DNA of 64,000 bases from an uncultured Clostridia bacterium (lineage in GTDB: Bacteria > Bacillota > Clostridia > TANB77 > CAG-508), in contig OZ006973.1 of assembly GCA_963931085.1 (NCBI GenBank), forward strand, positions 1,568,053 through 1,632,052. Direction: 5' to 3'. Position 1 is the stretch's first letter; each line of letters begins with the position of its first letter. Positions 31,001 through 39,240 of the stretch are shown piece by piece. The notes beneath the pieces are model-generated. The model was not told the DNA's origin and made no database searches. It saw only the letters and a list, made by a program, of their open reading frames with translations. Made by a program: the position numbers and the translations under genes.

Positions 31001-31402
31001 AATATCATTTTCTGTAATACTATGTTTTTTAAACTCTGTAATAGAATTTAATATTAAGTCTAGATTTTTATTTGAATCATTTAAATATACAAGTTTAGAC
31101 TTTAACTTTTGAGCACAAGAATATACAATCATTGCCTTACCAATTTTAGATAATCTTGCTTTAGTATTTCCTGACACTTCTGAAACAACTCTAGTTGCCA
31201 TTCTGCTTAAAGTTAAAACTTCAGCATTAATTATGCTTTTTGTTCCAATAGTATTTAATAATCTTTTTTCCATTGAAAAAGAATATTGTTCTGGAACAAT
31301 AATATATATTTTTTTATTTTCATTTATCTTTTCTTTTATCTCATCTAGTATAAGCTGTGACTTTCCTGTCCCGCTTCTACCATATATTAATTGTAAACTC
31401 AT
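28055..31402 (-). CDS. addB: ATP-dependent helicase/deoxyribonuclease subunit B (AddB)
   Basis: 1115 aa. It has an N-terminal Walker A (YGRSGTGKS) and C-terminal Fe-S/nuclease cysteines (RRCPFSFHLKYGL ... CDYCEYKSIC). Confidence 0.85.
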   Translation of the reverse strand: MSLQLIYGRSGTGKSQLILDEIKEKINENKKIYIIVPEQYSFSMEKRLLNTIGTKSIINAEVLTLSRMATRVVSEVSGNTKARLSKIGKAMIVYSCAQKLKSKLVYLNDSNKNLDLILNSITEFKKHSITENDINSVIEKTDDEYLKIKLNDIKMVLDKYNKTISNSYIDESDLLGLLIDDIDKTDMFNDTLIYIDEFMGFTSQEYKIIEKLINIASKVTITVCADELNYDLVDMSDIFYFNKQTANKLLAIARNNNYEIEKSICLKDNKRIKSKELRFLEENLYSKKFNKYLDKCDNISIFMAKNPYSEVEHVASEILSLVRDNNARYKEIGIITKNIEDYSFNVKAIFDEYNIPIFIDEKKDINNNILMIYIVSLFNILTKNWSYESVFSFLKTGLVDLKEEDIYDLENYSLKWGIKGNKWYKEDFCFEEKNDKQDRINVSRRKLVDLVFSFKNILSNSKKVKDIAKGLVDFINLNNISKMIYKMADDLENKGLYEIASEYRNSLKLFYNVLDEMVLVYENEEMNFDKFNNILQIGLSKSEFGTIPATLDEVVLGDMDRTRLNNVKYLFVLGMNDGVIPSIVKNEGFLNDADREFLKQNGLDVAKGTIEQIYENQFNIYKIFSGIENKLYISYPVADKDGKNLRHSVLITKIKNMFKNIKESSDVIKKDFKISLKDSSFDDAISKYKEYLETGKIDDWWLDVLNWYYINEKEKFLKVLKGLDDTNISSNISRKNVEILYGNTMKTSISRLEQYRRCPFSFHLKYGLKLKEPEEFNIRSIDTGSFMHDIIDTFFNYVLDKNIDISSLVEDELKQIIYDIIDERLKMSKNYIFTSTPKYIVLTERLSKVVYESMTYIVDGLKNSKFRVLGNEIEFNENASHKPIELNLSDGRKVELTGKIDRADIANIDGKDYVRIIDYKSSVKDIDLNQVIAGLQIQLISYLDAISEESNLNPAGILYFNLIDKIVNKSRNLTDEEIKLEIRKAYKMKGLIVADIDIARAMDTKLEKGFSDTIPVYVDKDESVNNSRSSTISKEKFESLQKYAKKIIKEISSEILDGNIDIKPYYLNKKTGCDYCEYKSICGFNINNKGNEYNYIHSYDKDYLLDLIEEEKENE

Positions 31403-31459
31403 ATTTTACTTTACCTTTCAAAATTTGATTAGATTTTATCACAAGATAAATTATATATC

Positions 31460-31500
31460 AATCAAATAAATAAGCTTGCCCCGGTCTTCCGGGGCAAGCT
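31460..31500 (-). terminator. GC-rich intrinsic terminator of the 31508..31927 ORF
   Basis: A perfect 12-bp stem, agcttgccccgg (31473-31484) / ccggggcaagct (31489-31500), has the loop tctt. TATTTATTT follows on the minus strand. Confidence 0.7.
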
Positions 31501-31507
31501 ATAAAAA

Positions 31508-31927
31508 TCACTTCCACTCATTTTGCCATAGCGATAACCGCACAGCATGTTCAATCCTCTCTACCTTTTCATAAGTCTCTAAAATATCGTCTCTCTGCTC
31601 TTTGCTCATCAAATACATATATCTTTCGTCAATTGCTTCATAACTCTTTTCAGTCTCCCATACAAGCACTTGAATTTTTTTAACAAAATCCTCATAGTCT
31701 CCGTATTTTACCACAATAACGAAATTTGTTCCTTCATATGGTATCTCGTCACCATCATTTTTAGGATTTTTCATAAATTCTAGAACAGTATTATATGCAT
31801 CGCATAAATCTTGAGCCTTTTCAAAAAAATTATCTGTCTGCCTCCAAAACCGTGTATGGTCAATAAAGACAAGTATTGCTATAAATGAAAGAAGAAGAAA
31901 AATACTGTACATTAAAAATACCTCCAT
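31508..31927 (-). CDS. Hypothetical small membrane-anchored protein in a locally G+C-richer segment
   Basis: 139 aa with an N-terminal TM (IFLLLSFIAILVFI). It has visibly higher G+C than its flanks. It uses CGG twice in frame (31539-31541 and 31850-31852). I do not recognise a family. Confidence 0.5.
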   Translation of the reverse strand: MEVFLMYSIFLLLSFIAILVFIDHTRFWRQTDNFFEKAQDLCDAYNTVLEFMKNPKNDGDEIPYEGTNFVIVVKYGDYEDFVKKIQVLVWETEKSYEAIDERYMYLMSKEQRDDILETYEKVERIEHAVRLSLWQNEWK

Positions 31928-32035
31928 AAATTATTAAACAGATATTTCTTAACTATTCAATTTGCGTATAATTATATCAGCTTGAATGCAGTATTTCAAG
32001 GAACAACTATAACCGAATTTTTACATATAACTTAT

Positions 32036-32902
32036 TTAATCATTTTCTCTTCTATAATAAAATAAATATTGTTGAGCAAGTCCACATATATTACCATATA
32101 ATTCATTTGCTATTTTTAATATTTCTTTTTTATTTACTTTTTCCTCATTTTCATTATGTATATATAAATCATTCATTACTCTTCTTACCCAAACATCTAT
32201 TGGGAATACATCATATCTTTTTAAAGAAAAAAGCATTATACAATCTGCAACTTTTGGACCTACACCATCTAATTTTAAAAGTTCTTCTCTTATCTCATCA
32301 CTATTTTTCATTTCTTTTAATTTATCTAAATCAACAACTTTTTCTTTTATCTTTTTGCAAGTATTAAATACTCTAATATCTCTAAATCCAAGTCCTAATG
32401 ATCTTAAATCTTCTACAGATAATTTAGAAAGCTCTGAAACGCTCGGAAATAAATAATATTCTTTTTCATTATAAATAACTCTTCTTGAGCATTTTTTAGA
32501 TAATCTTTCTATAATTCCTTTAATTCTTGGAATATTATTATTTGCAGATATTATAAAAGAAATAATACATTCAAATAAATCTTGATTAAGTATCCTTATA
32601 CCATAACCATATTCAATACTTTTTTTCATATTATCATCAATTTTTGAAAGTTTATTTTTAATTTCTTCATAATTATTATTTAAGTCAAAATAATCTATTA
32701 CTATTTCTTTTATGTTTCCATCTAACATTCCCTCAAAAGTAATTAGTCCATTTTCCTTTTTCACATTTAATATACCTTGTTTAATCACTCCTGTATAACT
32801 TCCATCTTCCTCTTCATTCCATCTAAAACATTGTCCACAATCAAATATATGTTTAAGTTCAAAAGATTCCATATCCTTTATCTCATACTTTTGTTTCTCC
32901 AT
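32036..32902 (-). CDS. ogg: 8-oxoguanine DNA glycosylase/AP lyase (Ogg, HhH-GPD superfamily)
   Basis: 288 aa. Motifs are FDCGQCFRW (OGG N-domain), the HhH-GPD motif LDGVGPKVADCIMLF, and PIDVWV. Confidence 0.75.
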   Translation of the reverse strand: MEKQKYEIKDMESFELKHIFDCGQCFRWNEEEDGSYTGVIKQGILNVKKENGLITFEGMLDGNIKEIVIDYFDLNNNYEEIKNKLSKIDDNMKKSIEYGYGIRILNQDLFECIISFIISANNNIPRIKGIIERLSKKCSRRVIYNEKEYYLFPSVSELSKLSVEDLRSLGLGFRDIRVFNTCKKIKEKVVDLDKLKEMKNSDEIREELLKLDGVGPKVADCIMLFSLKRYDVFPIDVWVRRVMNDLYIHNENEEKVNKKEILKIANELYGNICGLAQQYLFYYRREND

Positions 32903-32970
32903 TTTTTACTCCTTAAATTATCATTTCTGTTTCAATTTCAATTATAATCTAATATATTAATATCACAAAT

Positions 32971-33022
32971 CAAAAAAAATTAGTATAATAAATTATAAAT
33001 TTGTTTATTATACTAATTTTTA
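32971..33022 (-). terminator. Intrinsic terminator downstream of yvcK
   Basis: A perfect 14-bp stem, attagtataataaa (32979-32992) / tttattatactaat (33004-33017), is flanked by an A8 run on one side and a T5 run on the other. Confidence 0.6.
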
Positions 33023-33105
33023 TTTTATTTAATTTTATTTTATTCAATTTGATTTTATTTAATTTAATTTAAAATATAAAAGATTTTCTCTGCAAACTAT
33101 CAATA

Positions 33106-34095
33106 TTAATAAATTACATCATCTTGTTTTCCTCTCATAAGATATGAGAATATATCAGAACTTAATTTCATACTATTATGTCTAATTATACCTTTTGAAG
33201 ATACTAATAAATCATCTTCTATTAGCTCATAATTTCCTTCTTCAATATTTTCATAATCAATTCTTACTTGATCTTTTTGTTCTTCTGTTTCATACTTTGC
33301 AAGAACTTTCTTTGATAATTTTGTATTACTTGCAATAACAACATCTATTGAATCTTTACCAAGATATCTTTCTAAAGCTTTAACATGATCACTTACACCG
33401 AAATTATCTGTCTCTCCTGGTTGAGTCATTGCATTACATATGTACATTACTTTAGCTTTTTTAGCATTATTTATTGCATCTACCATATCTTTACAAATAA
33501 TATGTGGCATAACAGAAGTATACAAACTTCCAATGCTTAATATTATTAAATCAGCTTTTGCTATCGCATCAAAAACTTCTGGTAATATATGAGGATCTTC
33601 TTTATAAAATAATCTCTTATATTTTTTATTTGCTTTAGTAATTTCTTCTTCACCTTCTATTATTTCTCCATCAACAGTTTCTCCCATTAATGTTAAATAA
33701 TCTTCAGAAAGTGGAAGTACAGTATGTTTTACAGCTAATAATTTGCTCAAATATTCAATACTAGTCTTTAAACTTCCTGTTTCTTTTATAAGAGATGTTA
33801 AAATTAAATTACCAAGTGCGTGACCATTTAATTCACTACAAGTAGATAATCTATATTCCATAACATCTTTAATCTCATCTGGAAGTGTAGACATATTACT
33901 TAAAACTTTTCTAATATCTCCAACAGCAGGTGTAGCAAACTCCTTTCTTAATCTTCCTGTACTGCTTCCATTATCAGAAACAGTAATTATTGCAGTAATA
34001 TCAACTGGGAAATATTTTAATCCCCTAAGTAAAGTTGATGTTCCTGTTCCTCCTCCTAAAACTACAACTTTTTTATTTTTTTGCATATTCTTCAT
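33106..34095 (-). CDS. yvcK: Gluconeogenesis factor YvcK (CofD-like, UPF0052)
   Basis: 329 aa. Motifs are KKVVVLGGGTGTSTLLRGLK and GPGSLYTS-like SIGSLYTSVMP. Confidence 0.85.
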   Translation of the reverse strand: MKNMQKNKKVVVLGGGTGTSTLLRGLKYFPVDITAIITVSDNGSSTGRLRKEFATPAVGDIRKVLSNMSTLPDEIKDVMEYRLSTCSELNGHALGNLILTSLIKETGSLKTSIEYLSKLLAVKHTVLPLSEDYLTLMGETVDGEIIEGEEEITKANKKYKRLFYKEDPHILPEVFDAIAKADLIILSIGSLYTSVMPHIICKDMVDAINNAKKAKVMYICNAMTQPGETDNFGVSDHVKALERYLGKDSIDVVIASNTKLSKKVLAKYETEEQKDQVRIDYENIEEGNYELIEDDLLVSSKGIIRHNSMKLSSDIFSYLMRGKQDDVIY

Positions 34096-34108
34096 CCTTT
34101 CAATTAAA

Positions 34109-34732
34109 TTATGCTAGAATATAATCTTTTAAAGTCTTACATTCTACTAAATTTTTAATATCTAGTTCTTGTTTAGAATATTTATTTTTTTCTCTTCTAA
34201 CTCTGACTAGAATTTTAGGATTTCTTGATGCTAATCCTAACAAATCTTTAGGACTGTCATCGAAAAAAATCCCTTCTTCATATTTTAAATCTAAATTAAA
34301 TTTTAAACTTGATGAAATTATAATATTGTCAAAGTACTCTGATAAACCTGATCCTTTTATTTTTGTAAGTTGATAACTTAAGTCTTCTTTTGCAACATAT
34401 GTAAGAACATTTATAATATGATTTTTTTCTTTTAACTCCTTTAAAAAAGATATTACATCATCATATACATATTTCTTACCATCTAATATAATATCTTCTA
34501 CTTTATCTATTAAAATACTTTCTTCTATATTATATTTTTTAGCAAAGAATTTTGCTAATTTATATATATTATAAATATTTTCTCTATTGAACATTGATTT
34601 TAGCTCATCAAAAATATCATTTTCACTTATACTTGTTTTCTTAGATATTTCATATGCTAAACCTTTTAGCATATCATTTGAAAGTCTTGAAGTTTCATAT
34701 AAAGTATTATCAAAATCAAGATAATAGTTCAT
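34109..34732 (-). CDS. HAD-superfamily hydrolase
   Basis: 207 aa with the N-terminal DxD motif YLDFDNTLYE and a C-terminal FFDDS. Confidence 0.6.
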   Translation of the reverse strand: MNYYLDFDNTLYETSRLSNDMLKGLAYEISKKTSISENDIFDELKSMFNRENIYNIYKLAKFFAKKYNIEESILIDKVEDIILDGKKYVYDDVISFLKELKEKNHIINVLTYVAKEDLSYQLTKIKGSGLSEYFDNIIISSSLKFNLDLKYEEGIFFDDSPKDLLGLASRNPKILVRVRREKNKYSKQELDIKNLVECKTLKDYILA

Positions 34733-34877
34733 TTATCTCCTCCTAAATATATATTATAAATGTCATGACTAATCATATCAAATTTTATATATAAAGTCAA
34801 TTAAGATAAATTGGCTAAAAAAACCTATTTTTCATGAATTTTCTTTACTTTTAAGGATGTTTTTGTTTAAAACACTT

Positions 34878-35762
34878 TTAAATCTTACTTTCTTTTGTAA
34901 ACCCTAATCCATATACATCTATAGCATCAGATATTATCATAAATGCAGCATCATCTACTTGCTTTACAATCTCTTTTAATTTAATTAAATCTCTTTTTTT
35001 AATTACACACATGAGTATTAATTTTTCTTTATTTTGATACATTCCTTTTCCATATATTCCAGATAAACCCTTATCTAAATCATTTAAAATCTTATTTGAA
35101 ATTTCAGTACTTTTATCTGAAATTATATAAACAATTTTAGTAAAATTTACACCTTCTATAAACAAATCTACTATTTTTGAATTTAAAAATATTACTATAA
35201 ATGAATATAATCCTATTTCAATTTGTTTAAATACTATTAAATTCAGACCAACAATAATTGAATCTATAATAATTAGCAATTTAGAAACTTTAATATTATC
35301 TTTATAAGATAGTATTATCTGAATTAAAAGCTCTGTTCCTCCTGTAGAATTATTTGCTTTAAATATGCATGTTGTCCCTATTCCAATTATTACACCACCA
35401 TATATAGCAGATAATAAAATATCATCTATATTTAAAAACAAATTCATATTTTCAAAAAAATTTATACAAAAAGAAAGTAACCATGTTGCAAACATAGTCT
35501 TAAAAAAGAAATATTTTCCTATTCTAAAAAATCCAATAATTAATAAAGGAATATTTAATATCCATATAACAGTCCCTAGCTTTAGATTAAATAAATAATA
35601 TGTTATAGTCGCAATTCCACTAAAACCTCCAGCTGATATTTTTAAAGGAAGCAAAAAGAATACTATTCCTGCTGATATAAATATGCATCCTATTATAGAA
35701 AATATAATATCTTTTAGAATTATTATATTTTTTCTTTTTAAATTTCTAATCATAAAAAGCAC
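34878..35762 (-). CDS. YitT-family membrane protein (with a DUF2179 C-domain)
   Basis: 294 aa. It has multiple TM segments followed by a soluble C-terminal domain (LIKLKEIVKQVDDAAFMIISDAIDVYG). Confidence 0.7.
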   Translation of the reverse strand: MLFMIRNLKRKNIIILKDIIFSIIGCIFISAGIVFFLLPLKISAGGFSGIATITYYLFNLKLGTVIWILNIPLLIIGFFRIGKYFFFKTMFATWLLSFCINFFENMNLFLNIDDILLSAIYGGVIIGIGTTCIFKANNSTGGTELLIQIILSYKDNIKVSKLLIIIDSIIVGLNLIVFKQIEIGLYSFIVIFLNSKIVDLFIEGVNFTKIVYIISDKSTEISNKILNDLDKGLSGIYGKGMYQNKEKLILMCVIKKRDLIKLKEIVKQVDDAAFMIISDAIDVYGLGFTKESKI

Positions 35763-35812
35763 CCATATTTATTATGAGTGCTTTTTAATCTTCTATACAT
35801 ATTAAATCTATT

Positions 35813-36880
35813 TTATTTTTTATCATCATCTAAAAAATCTTTATATCTTTTAGCAACTTTTGTTTTAATTCTTCCTTTTTTCATTTTATTACTTTGAATA
35901 ACTTTTATATCAACATCATAAACTTCTTTAATTTTTTCTATATTGCTTCTTTTATATCCTACAATATTATTAACATCTTGTGGATTTGCAATTATTTCTA
36001 CTTCTTTTACTTTATTTTCATAAGATTTTATTTTTTCTGAAATTACATCATACATCATTTCTGTATCTACTAGCTGTCTAAAAGATTCATGATATGGTCC
36101 TGCTACTACTTCACTTGCAACATTTTTATTTGGATCTGATATTGTATCTGTACTTTGAAGTCCTATTCTAATTACAGTAATCTTCTTTTTATCAAAGAAA
36201 TAACATAATTCTTTACATCTACTTACAGCTTGGTTTACTTCTAGTGGTTCATATTCACCATTTTTATAATCCTCTAAAAGAGCTGTTCCTTTAATTACAA
36301 GTACAGGATAAATTCTAACAATTTTAGGTTTTAATTTTGCTAAATCTTTTGCAGTATTTAATTCATCTAAAAGTGTACTTTCTGGAAGTCCAACCATCAT
36401 TTGATGTCCTAATGTAAATCTATATTTTCTAATTAATTTAGATGCTTTTTTCACATCTTCAAAAGTATGTCCTCTTTTTACTTTAGAAAGGATATAATCA
36501 TTACTTGATTGAACTCCAAGTTCTATTGTTTTTACATGATATTTTTTAAGCATTTTTAATATATCTTTACTAATATAATCTGGTCTTGTAGAACATCTTA
36601 TTGAATTTACTTTTTTTCTTTTTATATATGGCTGTACTGCTTCTAAAAGTTCAATTTGTTTCTCTTTAGGAATTCCTGTAAAACTGCCACCAAAAAAAGC
36701 AACTTCAACATAATTTTCTTTATCTTTAAAATTACTTAAATACATATCTATTGTATCTTTAACATCTTTTGGAGTTACTTCTTTTATTTGTCCGCTAATA
36801 GATTTTTGATTACAAAAAGAACAATCATTCTTGCAACCTAGATGTGGTACAAATATTGGTATAATATATTCTTTTTTCAT
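35813..36880 (-). CDS. Radical SAM protein (ELP3/MiaB/NifB-like family)
   Basis: 355 aa with the motif FVPHLGCKNDCSFCNQ (CxxxCxxC). It lies immediately downstream of rnc. Confidence 0.65.
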   Translation of the reverse strand: MKKEYIIPIFVPHLGCKNDCSFCNQKSISGQIKEVTPKDVKDTIDMYLSNFKDKENYVEVAFFGGSFTGIPKEKQIELLEAVQPYIKRKKVNSIRCSTRPDYISKDILKMLKKYHVKTIELGVQSSNDYILSKVKRGHTFEDVKKASKLIRKYRFTLGHQMMVGLPESTLLDELNTAKDLAKLKPKIVRIYPVLVIKGTALLEDYKNGEYEPLEVNQAVSRCKELCYFFDKKKITVIRIGLQSTDTISDPNKNVASEVVAGPYHESFRQLVDTEMMYDVISEKIKSYENKVKEVEIIANPQDVNNIVGYKRSNIEKIKEVYDVDIKVIQSNKMKKGRIKTKVAKRYKDFLDDDKK

Positions 36881-36891
36881 GATTCTCCTTT

Positions 36892-37560
36892 CTACATGTT
36901 AGTTAATGCATTTTTTGCAGCATCCATTTCTGCTTGTTTTTTATTTTTTCCCATACCTTCAGCAAGTTTCTTATTATCACATACAACTTCAACTATAAAA
37001 ACTTTTTCATGATCTGGACCTAGTTCTTTTAATACATTATACTTAATTGAAACATCTCCATGAACTTGAAGTTTTTCTTGAAGTACAGTTTTATAATCTT
37101 TATCTCCGACATGCTTTGTAGATTCATCTATATATTCTCTTAAATTGTCAATTATAAATTTTTCGGAATTTTCTAATGAACTATCTAAATATATAGCTGC
37201 AATCAAAGCCTCAACAGCATCAGACAAAATTGCTTCTTTGCTATTTTTAGAAGCTCTTTCACTTTTACCTAAATATAAAAAATCACTAAAATTATGCCTT
37301 TTAGCAATTACAAATAAACTCTTTTCACAAACTACATTTGCTCTAACTTTAGTCATTTCTCCTTCAGATAAATTAGTATAATTATTATATAAAAATTTAC
37401 TAACTACAAACTCTAAAATACTATCTCCTAAATACTCTAACTTTTCATTACTGTCTACTTTATTTTCATAAGCATATGATGTGTGAGTTAAAGATTTTTT
37501 TAGCAAATTCCTATTGTTAAATTTATACCCTATATTTGCTTCAAATTGCTCTAAATTCAT
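36892..37560 (-). CDS. rnc: Ribonuclease III
   Basis: 222 aa. It has the signature NEKLEYLGDSILEF and a C-terminal dsRBD (GKNKKQAEMDAAKNAL). Confidence 0.92.
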   Translation of the reverse strand: MNLEQFEANIGYKFNNRNLLKKSLTHTSYAYENKVDSNEKLEYLGDSILEFVVSKFLYNNYTNLSEGEMTKVRANVVCEKSLFVIAKRHNFSDFLYLGKSERASKNSKEAILSDAVEALIAAIYLDSSLENSEKFIIDNLREYIDESTKHVGDKDYKTVLQEKLQVHGDVSIKYNVLKELGPDHEKVFIVEVVCDNKKLAEGMGKNKKQAEMDAAKNALTNM

Positions 37561-37672
37561 TTTTTCACCTCCAACACATAAAATTATATACCTTTACCTA
37601 AAAAAAAGCAAATATCCTAAAATAAAAATAATCACCTAGCAATCTAGGTGACTACTTTTATTAAAGCATATA

Positions 37673-37912
37673 TTATACGTTTTCTTTAATATATTCTACA
37701 ACGTCTCCTACTGTTGCAACTTTTTCAGCGTCAGCGTCTGGTATTTCTATATCAAACTCTTCTTCAAGAGCCATTACTAATTCAACTATATCTAAAGAAT
37801 CAGCTCCTAAGTCATCTATGAAAGATGCTTCCATTGTTACAGATGCTTCTGCAACACCAAGTTGTTCAACAATAATTCCTTTTACTTTTTCAAAAACTTC
37901 TTCAGTACTCAT
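37673..37912 (-). CDS. acpP: Acyl carrier protein
   Basis: 79 aa with the phosphopantetheine site motif [20 protein letters not shown]. Confidence 0.95.
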   Translation of the reverse strand: MSTEEVFEKVKGIIVEQLGVAEASVTMEASFIDDLGADSLDIVELVMALEEEFDIEIPDADAEKVATVGDVVEYIKENV

Positions 37913-37990
37913 TAGTACACCTCCCCTTTAAATTTATAACTTGTTTGTATTATTATTAGTCTATGTATTATAAAATGTCAAGCATATTTT

Positions 37991-39016
37991 TTAATTTTTA
38001 TTTAAATTTTCAAACTCTTCTATCATTTTGTCTACAGCTTTGTTTTTTACAAATTTTTCAGCTTGTTTAATTGTAAACTCAAATAATATTTCATCACTAC
38101 TTCCATGAGCTTTTACAACTGGTTTTTTTACTCCTAAAAATAAAGCTCCACCATAAGACTTATAATCCATTGCTTTTTGAAGTCCTTTTATAGCTGGAAG
38201 TGATGGAATAGCTGCAATCTTAGTTACAATATTTTTCAAGAAATTTTCTTTTAGGCTTACTTTTACAAGTCTACCTACTCCTTCTACTGCTTTTAAGAAT
38301 ATATTTCCTGTAAATCCATCTGTTACTATTGCATCTACATTTCCTGAAAAAGCATCTCTTCCTTCTATATTTCCAATAAAATTAATTCCAAGCTCAGGTG
38401 ATTTTTCCTTTAATAATTTATATGATTCTTTTGTTAAATCATTACCTTTTGTTTCTTCTGTTCCTATGTTTAGCAATCCTATTGCTGGTTTTTCAATACC
38501 AAATGTATTTCTTAAATAAATTGATGACATTTGTGCAAATTGTAATAAATTAATTGGTTTACAATTCGTATTCGCACCAGAATCAATTAATAAAAGTTGA
38601 CTATGGTATGCTGGAAGAATTCCAGCTAATGCTGGTCTATCTATTCCTCTAATTCTTCCAACTAATAGTGTTGCACCTGTAAGCAAAGCTCCAGAATTAC
38701 CAGCAGAGATAAATACATCTCCTTCTCCTTCTTTAAGCATTTTAAATCCAACTACCATTGAAGAATCTTTTTTATGCTTTATTGCATGTGTTGGAATATC
38801 TTCCATTTCTATTGTTTCTGTTGTATGTTTTATTTTTAGTCTTTCTGAAATATCTTCTAATTCTTTTCCGTAATATTCTTTTACTTTTTCTCTAATTATA
38901 TTCTCATTTCCTACAAGAATTACTTCTGCTTCGATTTGATTAATTGCTCTTACAGCACCTTTAATAGTTGCCTCTGGAGCATTATCTCCTCCCATTGCAT
39001 CTAAAAGTATTTTCAT
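37991..39016 (-). CDS. plsX: Phosphate acyltransferase PlsX
   Basis: 341 aa. Motifs are MKILLDAMGGDNAP and SAGNSGAL. Confidence 0.92.
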   Translation of the reverse strand: MKILLDAMGGDNAPEATIKGAVRAINQIEAEVILVGNENIIREKVKEYYGKELEDISERLKIKHTTETIEMEDIPTHAIKHKKDSSMVVGFKMLKEGEGDVFISAGNSGALLTGATLLVGRIRGIDRPALAGILPAYHSQLLLIDSGANTNCKPINLLQFAQMSSIYLRNTFGIEKPAIGLLNIGTEETKGNDLTKESYKLLKEKSPELGINFIGNIEGRDAFSGNVDAIVTDGFTGNIFLKAVEGVGRLVKVSLKENFLKNIVTKIAAIPSLPAIKGLQKAMDYKSYGGALFLGVKKPVVKAHGSSDEILFEFTIKQAEKFVKNKAVDKMIEEFENLNKN

Positions 39017-39140
39017 TGTTTAGCCCCCTAGTACATTTAAATATACAATTATTTTATTATGCACACTAAAAAAAATCAATAGTAATTTTAGAAAATAAAT
39101 TATATTTAAAATCCAAAATTACTATTAAATGTATTTATAT

Positions 39141-39169
39141 ATATTAAATAATTTTTTTAATTTTGTCAA
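39141..39169 (-). promoter_or_regulatory. Putative sigma-A promoter of the plsX-acpP-rnc block
   Basis: The minus strand reads TTGACA (39164-39169), a 17-nt spacer, then TAATAT (39141-39146). Confidence 0.4.
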
Positions 39170-39240
39170 CTATTAAAAATTGCTTAATTTCATTAAGAAA
39201 ATCCACATTATACACTAAAAAATAATATAAATTTAAGAAG

